Assembly: GCA_963674755.2 (NCBI GenBank)
Contig: CAXXVS010000002.1
Location: forward strand, 1,344,001-1,408,000
Length of the DNA: 64,000 nucleotides
From: Desulfobacterales bacterium
GTDB taxonomy: Bacteria; Desulfobacterota; Desulfobacteria; Desulfobacterales; UBA5852
Direction: 5' to 3'
Shown: one piece after another, positions 9,118 to 20,938 of the stretch
How the letters are laid out: each line of letters opens with the position of its first letter
Position numbering within the stretch: the first letter of the stretch is position 1
Position numbers and translations under genes: made by a program
Notes under the pieces: generated by a model
Told to the model about the DNA's origin: nothing
Databases searched by the model: none
The model's input: only the letters and a program-made list of their open reading frames with translations

Positions 9118-11499
9118 TCAAGGCTGCAAAACGAGTTCGGACCGGGCATGGGCGGCAATGGCCGCCCGGCTGAACCACCAGTAGGTCGTCCCGCCGTCCA
9201 GAAAAGGCGCCATCTGATCCTTGGCATGGGGATGAAACACCCTGCCGCTGACCCCGCCGGGTATCACGGCCAGCACCTTTTCGGCATCGCTCAAATCGGC
9301 CACCATGCGCAGGCTGGCGGATAACGTGACCGCAAAGGGTTGCTTGAACTCATACCCGCCGCGGCGCAATGTTTCGCCGGATCCGGATACGGGGTGTTCG
9401 CCGCCCCCCAGCAGGCTTTGGCCGAACCCCTCGCGCCGGATAGGGCTGACAAAGGTGATGGTATGCACCCGCCCCCATTGCCAGCGGTCTGGATCGTCTC
9501 CCAGACGGCTTGTGAGATCCGGCTGCACCTCCTGGGCGGCCCTGTAAAGCATAGCTTGCCACGTTTCCCGGACCCCGGCGGTGTTGATATCGTCAAACCA
9601 GGGCGATTGTCCGGCGATCACCATGGCCTGAAAGCGCTCCTGCCAGAAATACCACACGGAGAGCATACGGCGGGCCAGTGTTTCTCCCAATTCATCGGCA
9701 AATACATTGTAGGCCCAGCGGTCGTAAAGGGCATGGAAAACCGTCGGTGCCACCTGATCGGCGTCGTCTTCGCAGTCCCAGGCGGTCAGAAGTTCTCCCA
9801 TCGCCCGGGTATCGGCATGGGCCTTCAGCACCGGCCCCATGATCGGCACCATGATTTCCGCCATGACATTGCGGGTATCGCGTTGGAAGCGGTAGTGATC
9901 CGCCGCCGTAATGGCCGCATGTCCGCTCATCAGCTCTTTTAGCCGGCGGTAGCGGTAGGAAGAGGCGAAATAGGAGGAATAGTAATAAGGGTAATCCGCG
10001 CGCACCGTCTTGTGGTTGCAGGTGCCCAGCCAGCCTTCCACCGGGTTTTCGGCCTGGGGCATGGCCTCGAAGGGAATCCAGCCGTTCCAGTTGTCCCGGT
10101 CGTCACGCACCACGTACGGGACGGTGCCTCCGCCGCCGGTCCGATTGGGCAGGACACCGGAAACCTGCCAGCCGATATTGCCCTCGCGGTCGGCAAAAAC
10201 AAAGTTGAGCTGAATGGTGCTCCAGTCCCGCAAGGCCTCCCGGAAGGTATGGGCCGATGGGGCCCGCATGATGCGGGTGAAGTCACTGTCGGGCCGCATG
10301 GATTCCGCCGCAGCCCAGCGCAGGGACAGCACCTTGCCTGTTTCCAGTTGGGGGAAGACATCCGAAATGACCGGGCCGCGCCGGGTAAGTCTGATGAGCA
10401 GCTTTTCCTGGCGGAAACCCTCCGGGGCTGCGTCGTCTTTATAGCGCAGGGTCTCTTCGATCACTTCGAAAGGGATGGATCGGCCGCCCTCCAGATAGTG
10501 CCCGGCCTTGGAGGGATCGGGGGTTTCCACGTAAAGATCCTGGACGTCCCCGTAGGCATTGGTGATGCCGGCCGCCAGATGGTCACTGCGGAAGACCGGC
10601 ATGGCCGGCAGCCCCGGGATGTGGGCACCAACGATGGTGAGTTGGGGGGTTATCAGGCCGCAGGGATACCAGGGTCCGGGCAAAATCCTGGCATCCAGGT
10701 GGGGGTCATTCGCCAGAATAGGCTTGCCGCCCGGCGACTTGGCCGGCCCGCAAACCCAATTGTTGCTGCCCACCCCAAGGGGTCCGTCTTCCAGGTATCC
10801 CGCAATGGTCCGATCTCCAAGCAGATCGATGCCTGGGGGACCCAAACCTGTCATGGAATGCGCCGGACGATCTTCATCCGGGTTGACATTCAGCGGCAGC
10901 AGGGCTTCGGCGCGGGCGGGCCCCAGCCGCTCGACGAGCATCTGGGTGATGATCTCGGTCTTGATGTTAGCCGATGTGCTCCAGCTCATATAATACATGA
11001 CAGACAGCGCATCGACCATGGTCCAAGGGGCGGGTTGCATTCCAGCCAGGCGGAATTCCAGCGGATGATCGTCGGCCGGCCCTTCGATGAAAGCGTTCAC
11101 CCCGGCGATATAGTGCCGGAAGAGCACCGTGGCATCATCCTGCAGCAGGCGGGCATGGCGCTCGGCAAGCCGTCGGATGCCGATGGTGCGCACGCGCCGG
11201 TCCAACGGCAGTCCTTTCGCGCCCACCAGCTCGGCAATGCGGCCGCTGGCCACCAGACGGGTCAGCTCCATTTGAAAAAGGCGGTCCTGGGCCGTGACAA
11301 ATCCCATGGCCTCAAAAGCATCCGGCCAATTGGCGGCAAAAATATAAGGCATGCCCTTCTCGTCGCGCACGACTTTGACGGGCGCCTGCAAGCCCGTCAG
11401 GGACAGCCGGCCGGAATCCTGGTAGCTGTTCCAACTGGCGCAGGCCATCAGGGAGGCCGCCATGGCAATCAATACCAGTTCACGCAAGGGTCTGTACAT
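9118..11499 (-). CDS. Penicillin acylase family Ntn-hydrolase, probable lipoprotein
   Basis: GFVTAQDRLFQM, GSNNW nucleophile site, LANDPHL; LMAC lipobox. Confidence 0.92.
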   Translation of the reverse strand: MYRPLRELVLIAMAASLMACASWNSYQDSGRLSLTGLQAPVKVVRDEKGMPYIFAANWPDAFEAMGFVTAQDRLFQMELTRLVASGRIAELVGAKGLPLDRRVRTIGIRRLAERHARLLQDDATVLFRHYIAGVNAFIEGPADDHPLEFRLAGMQPAPWTMVDALSVMYYMSWSTSANIKTEIITQMLVERLGPARAEALLPLNVNPDEDRPAHSMTGLGPPGIDLLGDRTIAGYLEDGPLGVGSNNWVCGPAKSPGGKPILANDPHLDARILPGPWYPCGLITPQLTIVGAHIPGLPAMPVFRSDHLAAGITNAYGDVQDLYVETPDPSKAGHYLEGGRSIPFEVIEETLRYKDDAAPEGFRQEKLLIRLTRRGPVISDVFPQLETGKVLSLRWAAAESMRPDSDFTRIMRAPSAHTFREALRDWSTIQLNFVFADREGNIGWQVSGVLPNRTGGGGTVPYVVRDDRDNWNGWIPFEAMPQAENPVEGWLGTCNHKTVRADYPYYYSSYFASSYRYRRLKELMSGHAAITAADHYRFQRDTRNVMAEIMVPIMGPVLKAHADTRAMGELLTAWDCEDDADQVAPTVFHALYDRWAYNVFADELGETLARRMLSVWYFWQERFQAMVIAGQSPWFDDINTAGVRETWQAMLYRAAQEVQPDLTSRLGDDPDRWQWGRVHTITFVSPIRREGFGQSLLGGGEHPVSGSGETLRRGGYEFKQPFAVTLSASLRMVADLSDAEKVLAVIPGGVSGRVFHPHAKDQMAPFLDGGTTYWWFSRAAIAAHARSELVLQP

Positions 11500-11560
11500 G
11501 TGAAATTCTCTCCTGATCGGGTGATGCCTTTGAGAAATGGAGAGCGTAGCGCGCTTCGGA

Positions 11561-11989
11561 TTAGCCCTCATCCTGCTCGTGTGAACCGGATGCCCGGTCG
11601 TCATGGTGTTCGTCAGGGGGCGCCGCTTGCTTGAAATAGCGATTGGTTTCCGGAAGGAGGAGATAAATAAAAGCGGCCGTAAATAAGGCCACGTTGGCGG
11701 CTGACAGAACCATGGCGACGGTGTTGCGGCCGGCAAACAAAACAGTGAAAAAACCGCCGTAAAAGACAACGAAAACGCTCGCCAACATCGCGATCACGCG
11801 GGCCCAGCGTTTGCTTTGGTAAAGATAGTAGCAAACAATTCCGCCGGCGATGGCAAACTTGAAAAAGGCGTTGGGGTCATAGAAGAGATAGGTCGCCAAT
11901 AGAAAACATCCCCAGCCTGCGAAGGTCAGAAGGACCGCCCGTTGGACCGGGCGGGGCATTTGGTCAAGCTCCGGAAGGGGGATCAGCAT
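11561..11989 (-). CDS. Four-TM hypothetical membrane protein
   Basis: Four hydrophobic helices; AAGGAG RBS. Confidence 0.7.
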   Translation of the reverse strand: MLIPLPELDQMPRPVQRAVLLTFAGWGCFLLATYLFYDPNAFFKFAIAGGIVCYYLYQSKRWARVIAMLASVFVVFYGGFFTVLFAGRNTVAMVLSAANVALFTAAFIYLLLPETNRYFKQAAPPDEHHDDRASGSHEQDEG

Positions 11990-12118
11990 CGGGGGGGCTC
12001 CTTTCGGATCGGGAAACAGCGCGGCGGTTCGCGGAATTGGAAGGCCGCAGGACAACGGGCCGATGATCAGGCGGCACTATACACGTTCTGATCCGCCGCC
12101 GCCAGATGAAATTCCGCT

Positions 12119-12925
12119 TTAATTCACCTGTAGATAACGCCGTGCGCCGGCGTAGCGGTCCTGGAAATACCGGCTGGAAAGCGACGCGGTGCGGATAGTC
12201 TTGCCCTCTCCCGGGGCATGGATGAACCGCCCCCGGCCGCTGTAGATGCCCACATGGGTCACACGGTCGCGCTTTCCGGTGGCGAAAAAGACCAAATCCC
12301 CTTTTTCAAGCGCCTCCCGCGGCACAGGCTGCCCGGTCCGGAACTGGGATCGGGAATTGCGCGGCAGTTCCAGGCCGTTCAAACGATAGACGGTCATGGT
12401 GAGCCCGCTGCAATCGAACCCCTGCCGGGCTGACGCCCCGCCCCAGCGGTAGGGCGTGCCGATAAACCGCCGGGCCGTTTGAACAAGGCTTTCCTGCAGG
12501 CGCTCCCGTTCGTCGGACTGCCGCCCGCGGGGATAGGGTTGAACCACGTAAAAGTCTTCGATCAGACCCCTTTGCTGGAGGGCCAGAGCGCGCCGGCGGG
12601 CCTGGGCCTTGGTCTCAAAGCGATCGAAGCGTACTTTGCAAAGACCGTCGGTGTCGATGAAATAGTAGGTATCCAGCCCGTAGGCGGCTAACCGATCGGC
12701 ATAGTCGGAGGCCCGCTCGACCGTGGAAAAGGCGCCTACCTGGATGGTAAAGGCAATCACCGGCAGGGCGGCGGCCTCCTCGGGCGTCCGTTCCACCACC
12801 GGGGGGATACGTACCTCTTCCGGCATGTGGAGCGCACTGCGGCAGCCGGCCAGCATCACCAAAAGAATGACCCACCCCATGCATCCAAGGGCGCGAACCG
12901 TTGTTTCACTAGCGGGATACCGCAT
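12119..12925 (-). CDS. SPOR + NlpC/P60 peptidoglycan endopeptidase lipoprotein
   Basis: LAGC lipobox, IQVGAF SPOR domain, GTPYRWGG/FDCSGL/HVGIY/FIHA catalytic motifs; start uncertain. Confidence 0.9.
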   Translation of the reverse strand: MRYPASETTVRALGCMGWVILLVMLAGCRSALHMPEEVRIPPVVERTPEEAAALPVIAFTIQVGAFSTVERASDYADRLAAYGLDTYYFIDTDGLCKVRFDRFETKAQARRRALALQQRGLIEDFYVVQPYPRGRQSDERERLQESLVQTARRFIGTPYRWGGASARQGFDCSGLTMTVYRLNGLELPRNSRSQFRTGQPVPREALEKGDLVFFATGKRDRVTHVGIYSGRGRFIHAPGEGKTIRTASLSSRYFQDRYAGARRYLQVN

Positions 12926-12938
12926 CAGCTGCCTCGTC

Positions 12939-13259
12939 CTATCGCCCGCCCGCAAGAGTGGCATCATTCGGTTCCATCGACGGTGCCCCTCCCCTGTCCT
13001 CCGTCAACTGCCGGGCCGCAAGCATCAGGTCGTGGGCGTCCAGGGAAGCGAGGGGAACAGGCCGGCGCAGAAAAAAATGATACGGCAAAAATTTATGCAT
13101 GGTTGCCAGGAAGTGAGCCTGGCAGGTGAAATCTTCCTTGGCATAGGTCGTTACGGCCCGAAAGGTTTGCTTTGAAAACAGGAAGCAGATGTAGCGCGCT
13201 TCATCCTCCAGACAGCCGAAAAATCCTTTTTGGTAGGCTTTGTAGCCGATAAGCTGCAT
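12939..13259 (-). CDS. Hypothetical protein
   Basis: AAGGAA RBS; co-oriented with neighbours. Confidence 0.6.
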   Translation of the reverse strand: MQLIGYKAYQKGFFGCLEDEARYICFLFSKQTFRAVTTYAKEDFTCQAHFLATMHKFLPYHFFLRRPVPLASLDAHDLMLAARQLTEDRGGAPSMEPNDATLAGGR

Positions 13260-13309
13260 CCTGCATTCCTTTGAAAGACCTGCGGGGGGTCGAACGGGCC
13301 CGTGGCCCC

Positions 13310-13540
13310 CTATTGGGCCTCATCCAACTGATCGAGGCGCTGGGACTGCTGGGTCTGGATATGTTCCAGGTCCTCTTTCATTTCCTTCATACGATCCACT
13401 TGTTTTTTGCCTGCCAGCTCTTCGACCGTGTCGTCCACCTGATTCCGGGTTTCCGTTCCCTCACATCCGGATACCACCAGGAGGCAGGACAGCGTCATGG
13501 CAATGACTAAAAGCCGAATCACCCCGCAGCATCGTTTCAT
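13310..13540 (-). CDS. Small lipoprotein
   Basis: AGGAGG RBS, signal peptide with VSGC lipobox. Confidence 0.7.
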   Translation of the reverse strand: MKRCCGVIRLLVIAMTLSCLLVVSGCEGTETRNQVDDTVEELAGKKQVDRMKEMKEDLEHIQTQQSQRLDQLDEAQ

Positions 13541-13611
13541 GTTTCCTCCTTGACCGGCCGGACGGTTGCGGGATGGTTTCCCTTAGCCGTCACAAGGTTG
13601 TGATCCAGGCC

Positions 13612-13830
13612 TCATTCGGGATGAGGCCAGACGTCTTCGCGTGTTTCCGCCCAATAGCAGAAGCGATCCCATTCGAATTCACGTTGGGAAAAGGGACAAC
13701 GCAGTTTGACCTTGCGCGCGGCCACCGCGACGACTTCCCAGTCCCCGTGTCGGGGACCGTCTTCAATATAGATTTTCTGCCCCACTTCAAGGGGGTATGA
13801 ACGAAAGACAACGACTTGCGCCTTGTCCAT
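13612..13830 (-). CDS. Small hypothetical protein
   Basis: GGAAGG RBS before MDKAQ; ordered sequence YPLEVGQKIYIEDGPRHGDWEV. Confidence 0.65.
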   Translation of the reverse strand: MDKAQVVVFRSYPLEVGQKIYIEDGPRHGDWEVVAVAARKVKLRCPFSQREFEWDRFCYWAETREDVWPHPE

Positions 13831-14434
13831 TGGACACCTTCCAATCCGTTCGGCCCGCTTTTCGAACACGGGCATGATTCTTTTCCGGGCGGTGGTCGCA
13901 GCCATCGACTGCTCTGCCGGAAAAAAAGGCTGACAATCCACGCACCTTCCAAACCCAATATCAGTCTGCCATTTTTCGCCTCTCCTTGCAACGGGGCCGG
14001 TCGTCCTGTCGTCGGAGCGTGCTTATACCGCATACGGACAAGGCCTGCACCGTATACCAAATGGAAAATCGACGCAGGCAAGGCCCTACACTGTTCCGTG
14101 AGTTAATTAACGAACGTTTTCAGTGGGTTATCACGCATAGAAGACATTCGCCGTCTGGGGTGAAGCTATTCTCCTACAACGCTTCCCTGGGTCTGGTGGA
14201 CTGATTGTTTCGGCATCCCCCATGCCGTGGGCATTTAGCGCAACCCGGCAGGTTGGCATACCCTTTGTATCGTTTCCCTGCGGAAGATTGATCACAGCCC
14301 CAATTCCTCCCGTCCGTCTGCTGTCACCCAGCATGGCGACCTATCGGCGGGCCGGACAAGGCCACCCGGCGCCGCCGGCCCACTGGGAGGACCGAGGCCG
14401 TTTGAAAAGACGGGTACAACCATCAGGAGGGACG

Positions 14435-14647
14435 ATGGCAACCGCTAGCGCAACGCATGACAGTATTCGCATGATTGTCTGGATGGGATTGCTGATGAGC
14501 CTACTGAACGCCGGGAATCTCTCCCTGGCCGTTCACCGCTTAAGCCTGCCGGCGCTTCTGGTTCTCTTGGCCGTTGTGCTCCTGTCGGCCGTCCGCCGTC
14601 GTCTGATCACGAAAGTCAGCGAGTTGATGACGTTTCCGGTTTTCTGA
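14435..14647 (+). CDS. Small two-TM membrane protein (70 aa)
   Basis: AGGAGG RBS before ATG 14435; two hydrophobic stretches. Confidence 0.55.
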   Translation: MATASATHDSIRMIVWMGLLMSLLNAGNLSLAVHRLSLPALLVLLAVVLLSAVRRRLITKVSELMTFPVF

Positions 14648-14738
14648 CACCGCGGCCTTCACGGCTTTTCGAAAACCGTCCCGGCCGCACCGCTGTCAGC
14701 GTCGGGCGGCCTTACAGGTAGGGCGGGCGACCACCGTT

Positions 14739-15992
<1,254 letters not shown>

Positions 15993-16006
15993 TTAGGTCC
16001 GGCCTG

Positions 16007-17527
16007 TTAACGGTGGTTCGCGGACGAATCCCAGCGCGGTATGGCCCAACAAAACAGGAGACAAAGTACCGCCGCCCCCAACACCGTCCAGAACACCGCA
16101 CTAACCCCCTGCTGGACCGTCTCCTGGATCCCGACCCGCAACGCTTCCGGCAGGAGGGCCAGCACCTCGGGCTGCAGCAGCCCCGCCATCTGATCCGGCC
16201 CCATGTCCTTAAGCTGCGGCGGCAGTTTGGCCAGTAGTCCGCCGTCCTGAATGGCCTGGGTCAGCGCACTGAAACGGGCGGCAATGAAACTGCCGCCGAT
16301 GCCGACCCCCACCGTTCCCCCCAAGGTGCGGGCAAACTGATTGGATGAGGTCGCGACGCCCAAATCGTGGATCGGTACGGCGGCCTGCACCACCAGCAAG
16401 GTCGCCAGGGCCACGAAACCCATTCCGATGCCGACAACGAAAAAACTGACAAAACAATACCAGCCGGCGGTTTGCGCGGAAAAGGTCAGGGTCAGGGCGC
16501 ACCCGGCCACGAGGCATACAGCCCCCGCCAGGGCGGCCGACCGGTGGCCCGTACGATCGATGACCCGTCCCAGCGCCAGGGATCCCACGGACCATCCCAG
16601 ACTGAGCGAGAGCATGGCCACACCCACCTGCAGGGGGGTTTTGCCCTGGACGCCCTGAATGAATAAGGGCGCATAGGCGAACATGGAAAAAATAGCGAAA
16701 CTGCTAAAAAATACGGCGGCATTGCCGGCACTGAAGCCGCGCTTGCGGAAATGCTGGATGGGCAGAATCGGATCCCGGGCGCGGCTTTCCACCCGGATGA
16801 AAAGCGCGGAACCGACGGCAAAGAGGGCCAGCAGACCCAGGATGCGCGGGGATGACCAGGCATAGGTCCGGCCGCCCAGGAGAAACGCGAACAGAAAAGC
16901 CAGGATGGCCGTCGTGAGCGTCGCCACCCCCAACAGGTCCAGGGAAACGGTCTCCTTGCGCGGTCGCAGATCCACCAGATAGGTGCCGATCCCCCACAGG
17001 GAAACCGCCCCCAGAGGAACGTTGATAAAGAAAATCCAGCGCCATGAAAAATAGGTGACGATGAAGCCGCCCAAGGTGGGCCCCAGGACGCTGGCAATGC
17101 CCCATATGGAACTGGCCAGTGAAAGGGTGCGACCCCGGGTTTCCGGAGTGGAGACATCCGCCAGCACGATGTAGACCAGGGCAAAGATTCCCCCGGCACC
17201 GACACCCTGGATAATCCGGGCGCCGATCAGGGTCACCATGTTCACGGCGCATCCGGCGGCCGCCGAGGAGAGGCAGAACAGCACGATGGCAATGACGAAA
17301 AGATGCCGGTTGCGGAAAAGATCGGCCAACTTGCCAAAAATCGGCAACGATACCGCCCGGGCCAGGAAATAGGCTGAATAGACCCAGCTGTAAAGCGGCA
17401 TCCCGCCCAAATCAGCCACGATGGTGGGCATGGCGGCCGACATGACCAGGGCGTCCAGTGCGCCTAAAAAAAGGGCCAGAAGAGCGGCCCCGATCACGGT
17501 GATGCGTTGGCCCGGCGATATCGGCAT
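16007..17527 (-). CDS. MFS transporter, 14-TM DHA2 type
   Basis: GKLAD, WRWIFFINVPLG, 14 hydrophobic segments. Confidence 0.92.
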   Translation of the reverse strand: MPISPGQRITVIGAALLALFLGALDALVMSAAMPTIVADLGGMPLYSWVYSAYFLARAVSLPIFGKLADLFRNRHLFVIAIVLFCLSSAAAGCAVNMVTLIGARIIQGVGAGGIFALVYIVLADVSTPETRGRTLSLASSIWGIASVLGPTLGGFIVTYFSWRWIFFINVPLGAVSLWGIGTYLVDLRPRKETVSLDLLGVATLTTAILAFLFAFLLGGRTYAWSSPRILGLLALFAVGSALFIRVESRARDPILPIQHFRKRGFSAGNAAVFFSSFAIFSMFAYAPLFIQGVQGKTPLQVGVAMLSLSLGWSVGSLALGRVIDRTGHRSAALAGAVCLVAGCALTLTFSAQTAGWYCFVSFFVVGIGMGFVALATLLVVQAAVPIHDLGVATSSNQFARTLGGTVGVGIGGSFIAARFSALTQAIQDGGLLAKLPPQLKDMGPDQMAGLLQPEVLALLPEALRVGIQETVQQGVSAVFWTVLGAAVLCLLFCWAIPRWDSSANHR

Positions 17528-17769
17528 AAAGAATCCTTATTGGGGAGCAAAAGAGCCCTCATGGGCGTCGCAATGCCGTAACAGACGACATTTCCCCGGC
17601 ATTACGGCGTGAACTTCTACCAGAAGTCGCATCGATTGCCAAATCCCGGCCACCACATGCCAAACGACGATCATGCCGCCCCTTTTCCTCGTGCCTGCAG
17701 AATGCTATGCTGACAATTACGCACCCTTTTGTGAAGGGGTATTATTGGCATCCACAGGAATCCGCACGC

Positions 17770-19053
17770 ATGTCGCTGATGAATTTTTTTTCCGGCCCGA
17801 CCCCGGAAAAACTCGAAAGCCGGGGCGACACCCTTTGTGCTTCCGGCCATTGGGGTCCGGCCAGACAGTGCTATGAACGCGCTCTCGCTAAACTTGAGAA
17901 ATCGACCCGTCCGAATCCTCACCACTGCCGCCGGCTGCACCAAAAAATCCGGCAGGCCCGCGAAGATCTGGCCCGGGAGCATCGGCGGACGGCCATGGCC
18001 TATCTCGAGGGCGGCCATTCTAAGGAGGCCCGCGAAGCCCTGCTGCTGGCAATGGACATCAGCGAGGATGTCAGCTTCCGGGAGGCCGTAGCCCAACAGA
18101 TTTCGGCCATGGACGGTCCGCCGGCATCCGTGCGGGAGGCTCCTTCTGTTGAACTGCCGGAACCCGCCGCCGCTGTCGATGGGAATGACCCGGAACATGA
18201 TGACCCGGACCACCCGGCCCCGTCACCGGAGGAATATTTCCAGGCTCTCTGCCATACGTTGCCGGAGGATGTGGCCCGTGCTTACCGACACTACGGCCTC
18301 GAATTCAGGGACGGCTACATCGCACTGAACAAGGGCGATTTCGCGACCGCTGCCGGCCATCTGGAAGAAGCCATGGACGTCCACCCGGAACCGGGCAGCT
18401 ATATTCCCTTGGAACTTGCGACGGCCTACTTAAACCTGGGCTGCCTGGAGAAGGCTCACAGCCTGCTGGAACAGGTCCGCCGTCATCATCCCGAAGCCTT
18501 GCCGGCCTATCAGCTTTTGTGCGAAATCTACTGGGATCAGGGCGAATCCGCCAAAGCGGAAGCGCTTTTAGCATCGCTTCCGCCTCACCTGGCAGAATCG
18601 CGGGCCGTCATGCAGCTGAAGGGCGAAACCCTCTACCGCACCGGTCGCCACGCCGAGGCCCGGGATTTCTGTCGCGGCATCCTGGACGCCTACGGCTGGC
18701 ATGAGGGCACGGTCCAGCAACTTGCAAAGGCCCACGAGGCGCTCAACGAGCTGTCGGATGCACGCCGCCTCTACGGCGACCTCATGACACGCTGTCGAAG
18801 TTGCGGCTCAAGGGCGCCCCTTCCAATCACCCACAAGTATGCCGAACTCTCTTTTGCTGAAGGAGACCGGGAAACCGACCTTCTCGAAATCTATCTGGAC
18901 CTGGCACGCCAAAATCCGGCGGAGGCCGCCCTCTATTTCGAACGCATCAGCCGGATCTATTTTGACCGGGGCGATACGGCCGAAGGGGAGCGTTTCCGCG
19001 CATTCGCCCGGCGGGCCCGGAATGAAACCACTTTCCCTGACCCTGAAGGATAA
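17770..19053 (+). CDS. Tetratricopeptide-repeat protein
   Basis: Repeated TPR-like helices, one CRSC motif. Confidence 0.75.
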   Translation: MSLMNFFSGPTPEKLESRGDTLCASGHWGPARQCYERALAKLEKSTRPNPHHCRRLHQKIRQAREDLAREHRRTAMAYLEGGHSKEAREALLLAMDISEDVSFREAVAQQISAMDGPPASVREAPSVELPEPAAAVDGNDPEHDDPDHPAPSPEEYFQALCHTLPEDVARAYRHYGLEFRDGYIALNKGDFATAAGHLEEAMDVHPEPGSYIPLELATAYLNLGCLEKAHSLLEQVRRHHPEALPAYQLLCEIYWDQGESAKAEALLASLPPHLAESRAVMQLKGETLYRTGRHAEARDFCRGILDAYGWHEGTVQQLAKAHEALNELSDARRLYGDLMTRCRSCGSRAPLPITHKYAELSFAEGDRETDLLEIYLDLARQNPAEAALYFERISRIYFDRGDTAEGERFRAFARRARNETTFPDPEG

Positions 19054-19056
19054 TGC

Positions 19057-19719
19057 ATGGCGATGTCCGCACAAGGCCTCATTCAGCGCTGGAAAAAACA
19101 GATCCTCATCGTTGTACTCCTGGTGGCCGCAATCATTGCCGCCAGCTATTACGTCTACGGGTTGCTTGACACCGGAAAACTCAGTCCGATCGCCCTTCTG
19201 GTCATGGCGGCCGCCATATCGATCGGCCTTCCCATGCTGCGATCGAATTTCTTTCCCAGTCGGCGGGATTGCGAAACTGAATACGCGTTCCATGAACAGC
19301 GTCTGGAAAAAGAAATCACCCAGGCCATCAGCGACGGCATCGGCCAGGAGGCCTTGAACCAAATTTTTGCGGCGCCGGGTCAATACCGCGATGCCGCCGA
19401 AGAGGCCATCGGCCGCATGCTGGTCCGCGATGATACCGGCCGCCATCCCGAAGTCCATTTTGCCCTTCTAATGGCGCTATCCCGTTATCATGAAAAGAGC
19501 GGGGATCCCTCATCCGGCATTCCCGTGCTCCGCAAGGCCCTGGAGATCAAGCCGCAGCATTTCGTTGCCCGCATGCATCTGGCCGGCAACTACGAATGGC
19601 TCGGCAGGGCGGAAGAAGCCCGCCGGCAATACGAAACGCTTTTGGAAAACCCTCAGAATCTCTCGGCGGCCATGAAAAAGATCGTGGCGGCCAAGATCAA
19701 AACTCTCCTGAACAATTAA
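19057..19719 (+). CDS. Membrane-anchored TPR protein
   Basis: Two N-terminal TM helices, then TPRs (LRKALEIKP, LAGNYEWLGRAEEA). Confidence 0.75.
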   Translation: MAMSAQGLIQRWKKQILIVVLLVAAIIAASYYVYGLLDTGKLSPIALLVMAAAISIGLPMLRSNFFPSRRDCETEYAFHEQRLEKEITQAISDGIGQEALNQIFAAPGQYRDAAEEAIGRMLVRDDTGRHPEVHFALLMALSRYHEKSGDPSSGIPVLRKALEIKPQHFVARMHLAGNYEWLGRAEEARRQYETLLENPQNLSAAMKKIVAAKIKTLLNN

Positions 19720-19873
19720 TGCCAATCCCCTCCGGCGGGGAAACGGGCGAGTCCTCTTCCATCCGGTTGCCGGGCCGCCTGATCACGTATCGCTCATCAA
19801 CCTTAGCGGGCAACACATTCCATGCGAACATGGCAATCATACTATAGCAGCCCCCCCAAGAGGACGACACGCG

Positions 19874-20104
19874 ATGCACCACATTTGCCGGCTCGCTAAG
19901 ATTCCCCGATGGATACGGCGCCTGCTCGGCGCCATCCTGAGCATCTTCGGTGTTCTTCTTTTTTTAACACCGATACCGGGCGGTATCGTGCTCAGTGCCT
20001 TCGGCGGCATGCTGGTTATCGAGGATTTGAAAGAAGGCGCCAACGAAGCGATGGAGCCAAAAGACTTTTTTGAGATAGGTTCTAGTCAGGAAGCGATGCC
20101 CTAA
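19874..20104 (+). CDS. Small membrane protein
   Basis: GAGGA RBS; hydrophobic hairpin with TPIPGG. Confidence 0.5.
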   Translation: MHHICRLAKIPRWIRRLLGAILSIFGVLLFLTPIPGGIVLSAFGGMLVIEDLKEGANEAMEPKDFFEIGSSQEAMP

Positions 20105-20586
20105 GCCGCAAAAAGATAAAAACCGATCACTTTGGTATTGGGGTCGGCCGGATCGGTGGGTGCGAATTCGGCCCCCAGGTCGGCACCATCGACCCTGCGG
20201 ACTACGGTTTCCTGGCGAACGTGGGACCGCTTGCGGTCATCCAGCTTGAATTCCACGATGATCCGGTCCCCGATGCGAACCGTATTGTCGTTGGCGAGCC
20301 GCATTTTAACACCGGACCGGGATAGATCCAGAATCGCCACGGCTCCCCTTCCCAAATGGCGTCCGCCCGGCGCCTGACGATACTGCCCTTGCAGGCGCAC
20401 CGTCTTGCGAAAATAGCGGCGCCGCTCCAACTGGGCTGTATAGGCGTGCCCGCAGGGGCATTTGACCCGGATGCGGACAACACGGGACATGGTCATATAG
20501 GGTGATGCATCGATCGTACGGCTACGTTCGCATGCCGGGCAGGCCAAAGTGGCCTTGTTGTCTTGGGTAATAAAGAGTTTATCCAT
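20101..20586 (-). CDS. Zn-ribbon + PilZ domain protein
   Basis: CPAC..CPCG, then RRYFR and DLSRSG c-di-GMP motifs; GAGGTGG RBS. Confidence 0.85.
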   Translation of the reverse strand: MDKLFITQDNKATLACPACERSRTIDASPYMTMSRVVRIRVKCPCGHAYTAQLERRRYFRKTVRLQGQYRQAPGGRHLGRGAVAILDLSRSGVKMRLANDNTVRIGDRIIVEFKLDDRKRSHVRQETVVRRVDGADLGAEFAPTDPADPNTKVIGFYLFAA

Positions 20587-20734
20587 GATACCACCTCTGT
20601 GCACTGACATCCTTTTTTCTTCGGCCGCTGGGGCCGGGTGATGCGGAATACGCCCAATGCCGGCGTGCGCCCTACAAGATGGGGACGGCCTCACTCTGGT
20701 GGCGCTATTTCCCGCGAACTGCTGTTAAATGCTG

Positions 20735-20761
20735 TTATCGCCTATTCCGCCATAGACTTGA
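20735..20761 (-). promoter_or_regulatory. Sigma28 (FliA)-like promoter
   Basis: TCAA-N15-GGCGATAA on the minus strand upstream of the PilZ gene (consensus TAAA-N15-GCCGATAA). Confidence 0.5.
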
Positions 20762-20938
20762 GCCCCGCCGCCCCTTTGTAAAGAGGCCCCGCCTAAAAAA
20801 TAGAGCACAGCCCCTCGGGAGGACGTCTATCCGATTGCATGGCATACAATGCTGGTATTTGCGGGAAAGCGAGGCGTGTCGCAGGGTGCGCGGGGTGAGC
20901 ATTACGGGAGCTTGACGGGTGGGAGGAGGCTATACGCC

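Noticed and set aside
14254..14268. Sigma54-like TGGCATACCCTTTGT
   Set aside because: The -12 element is GT instead of GC and no enhancer is evident
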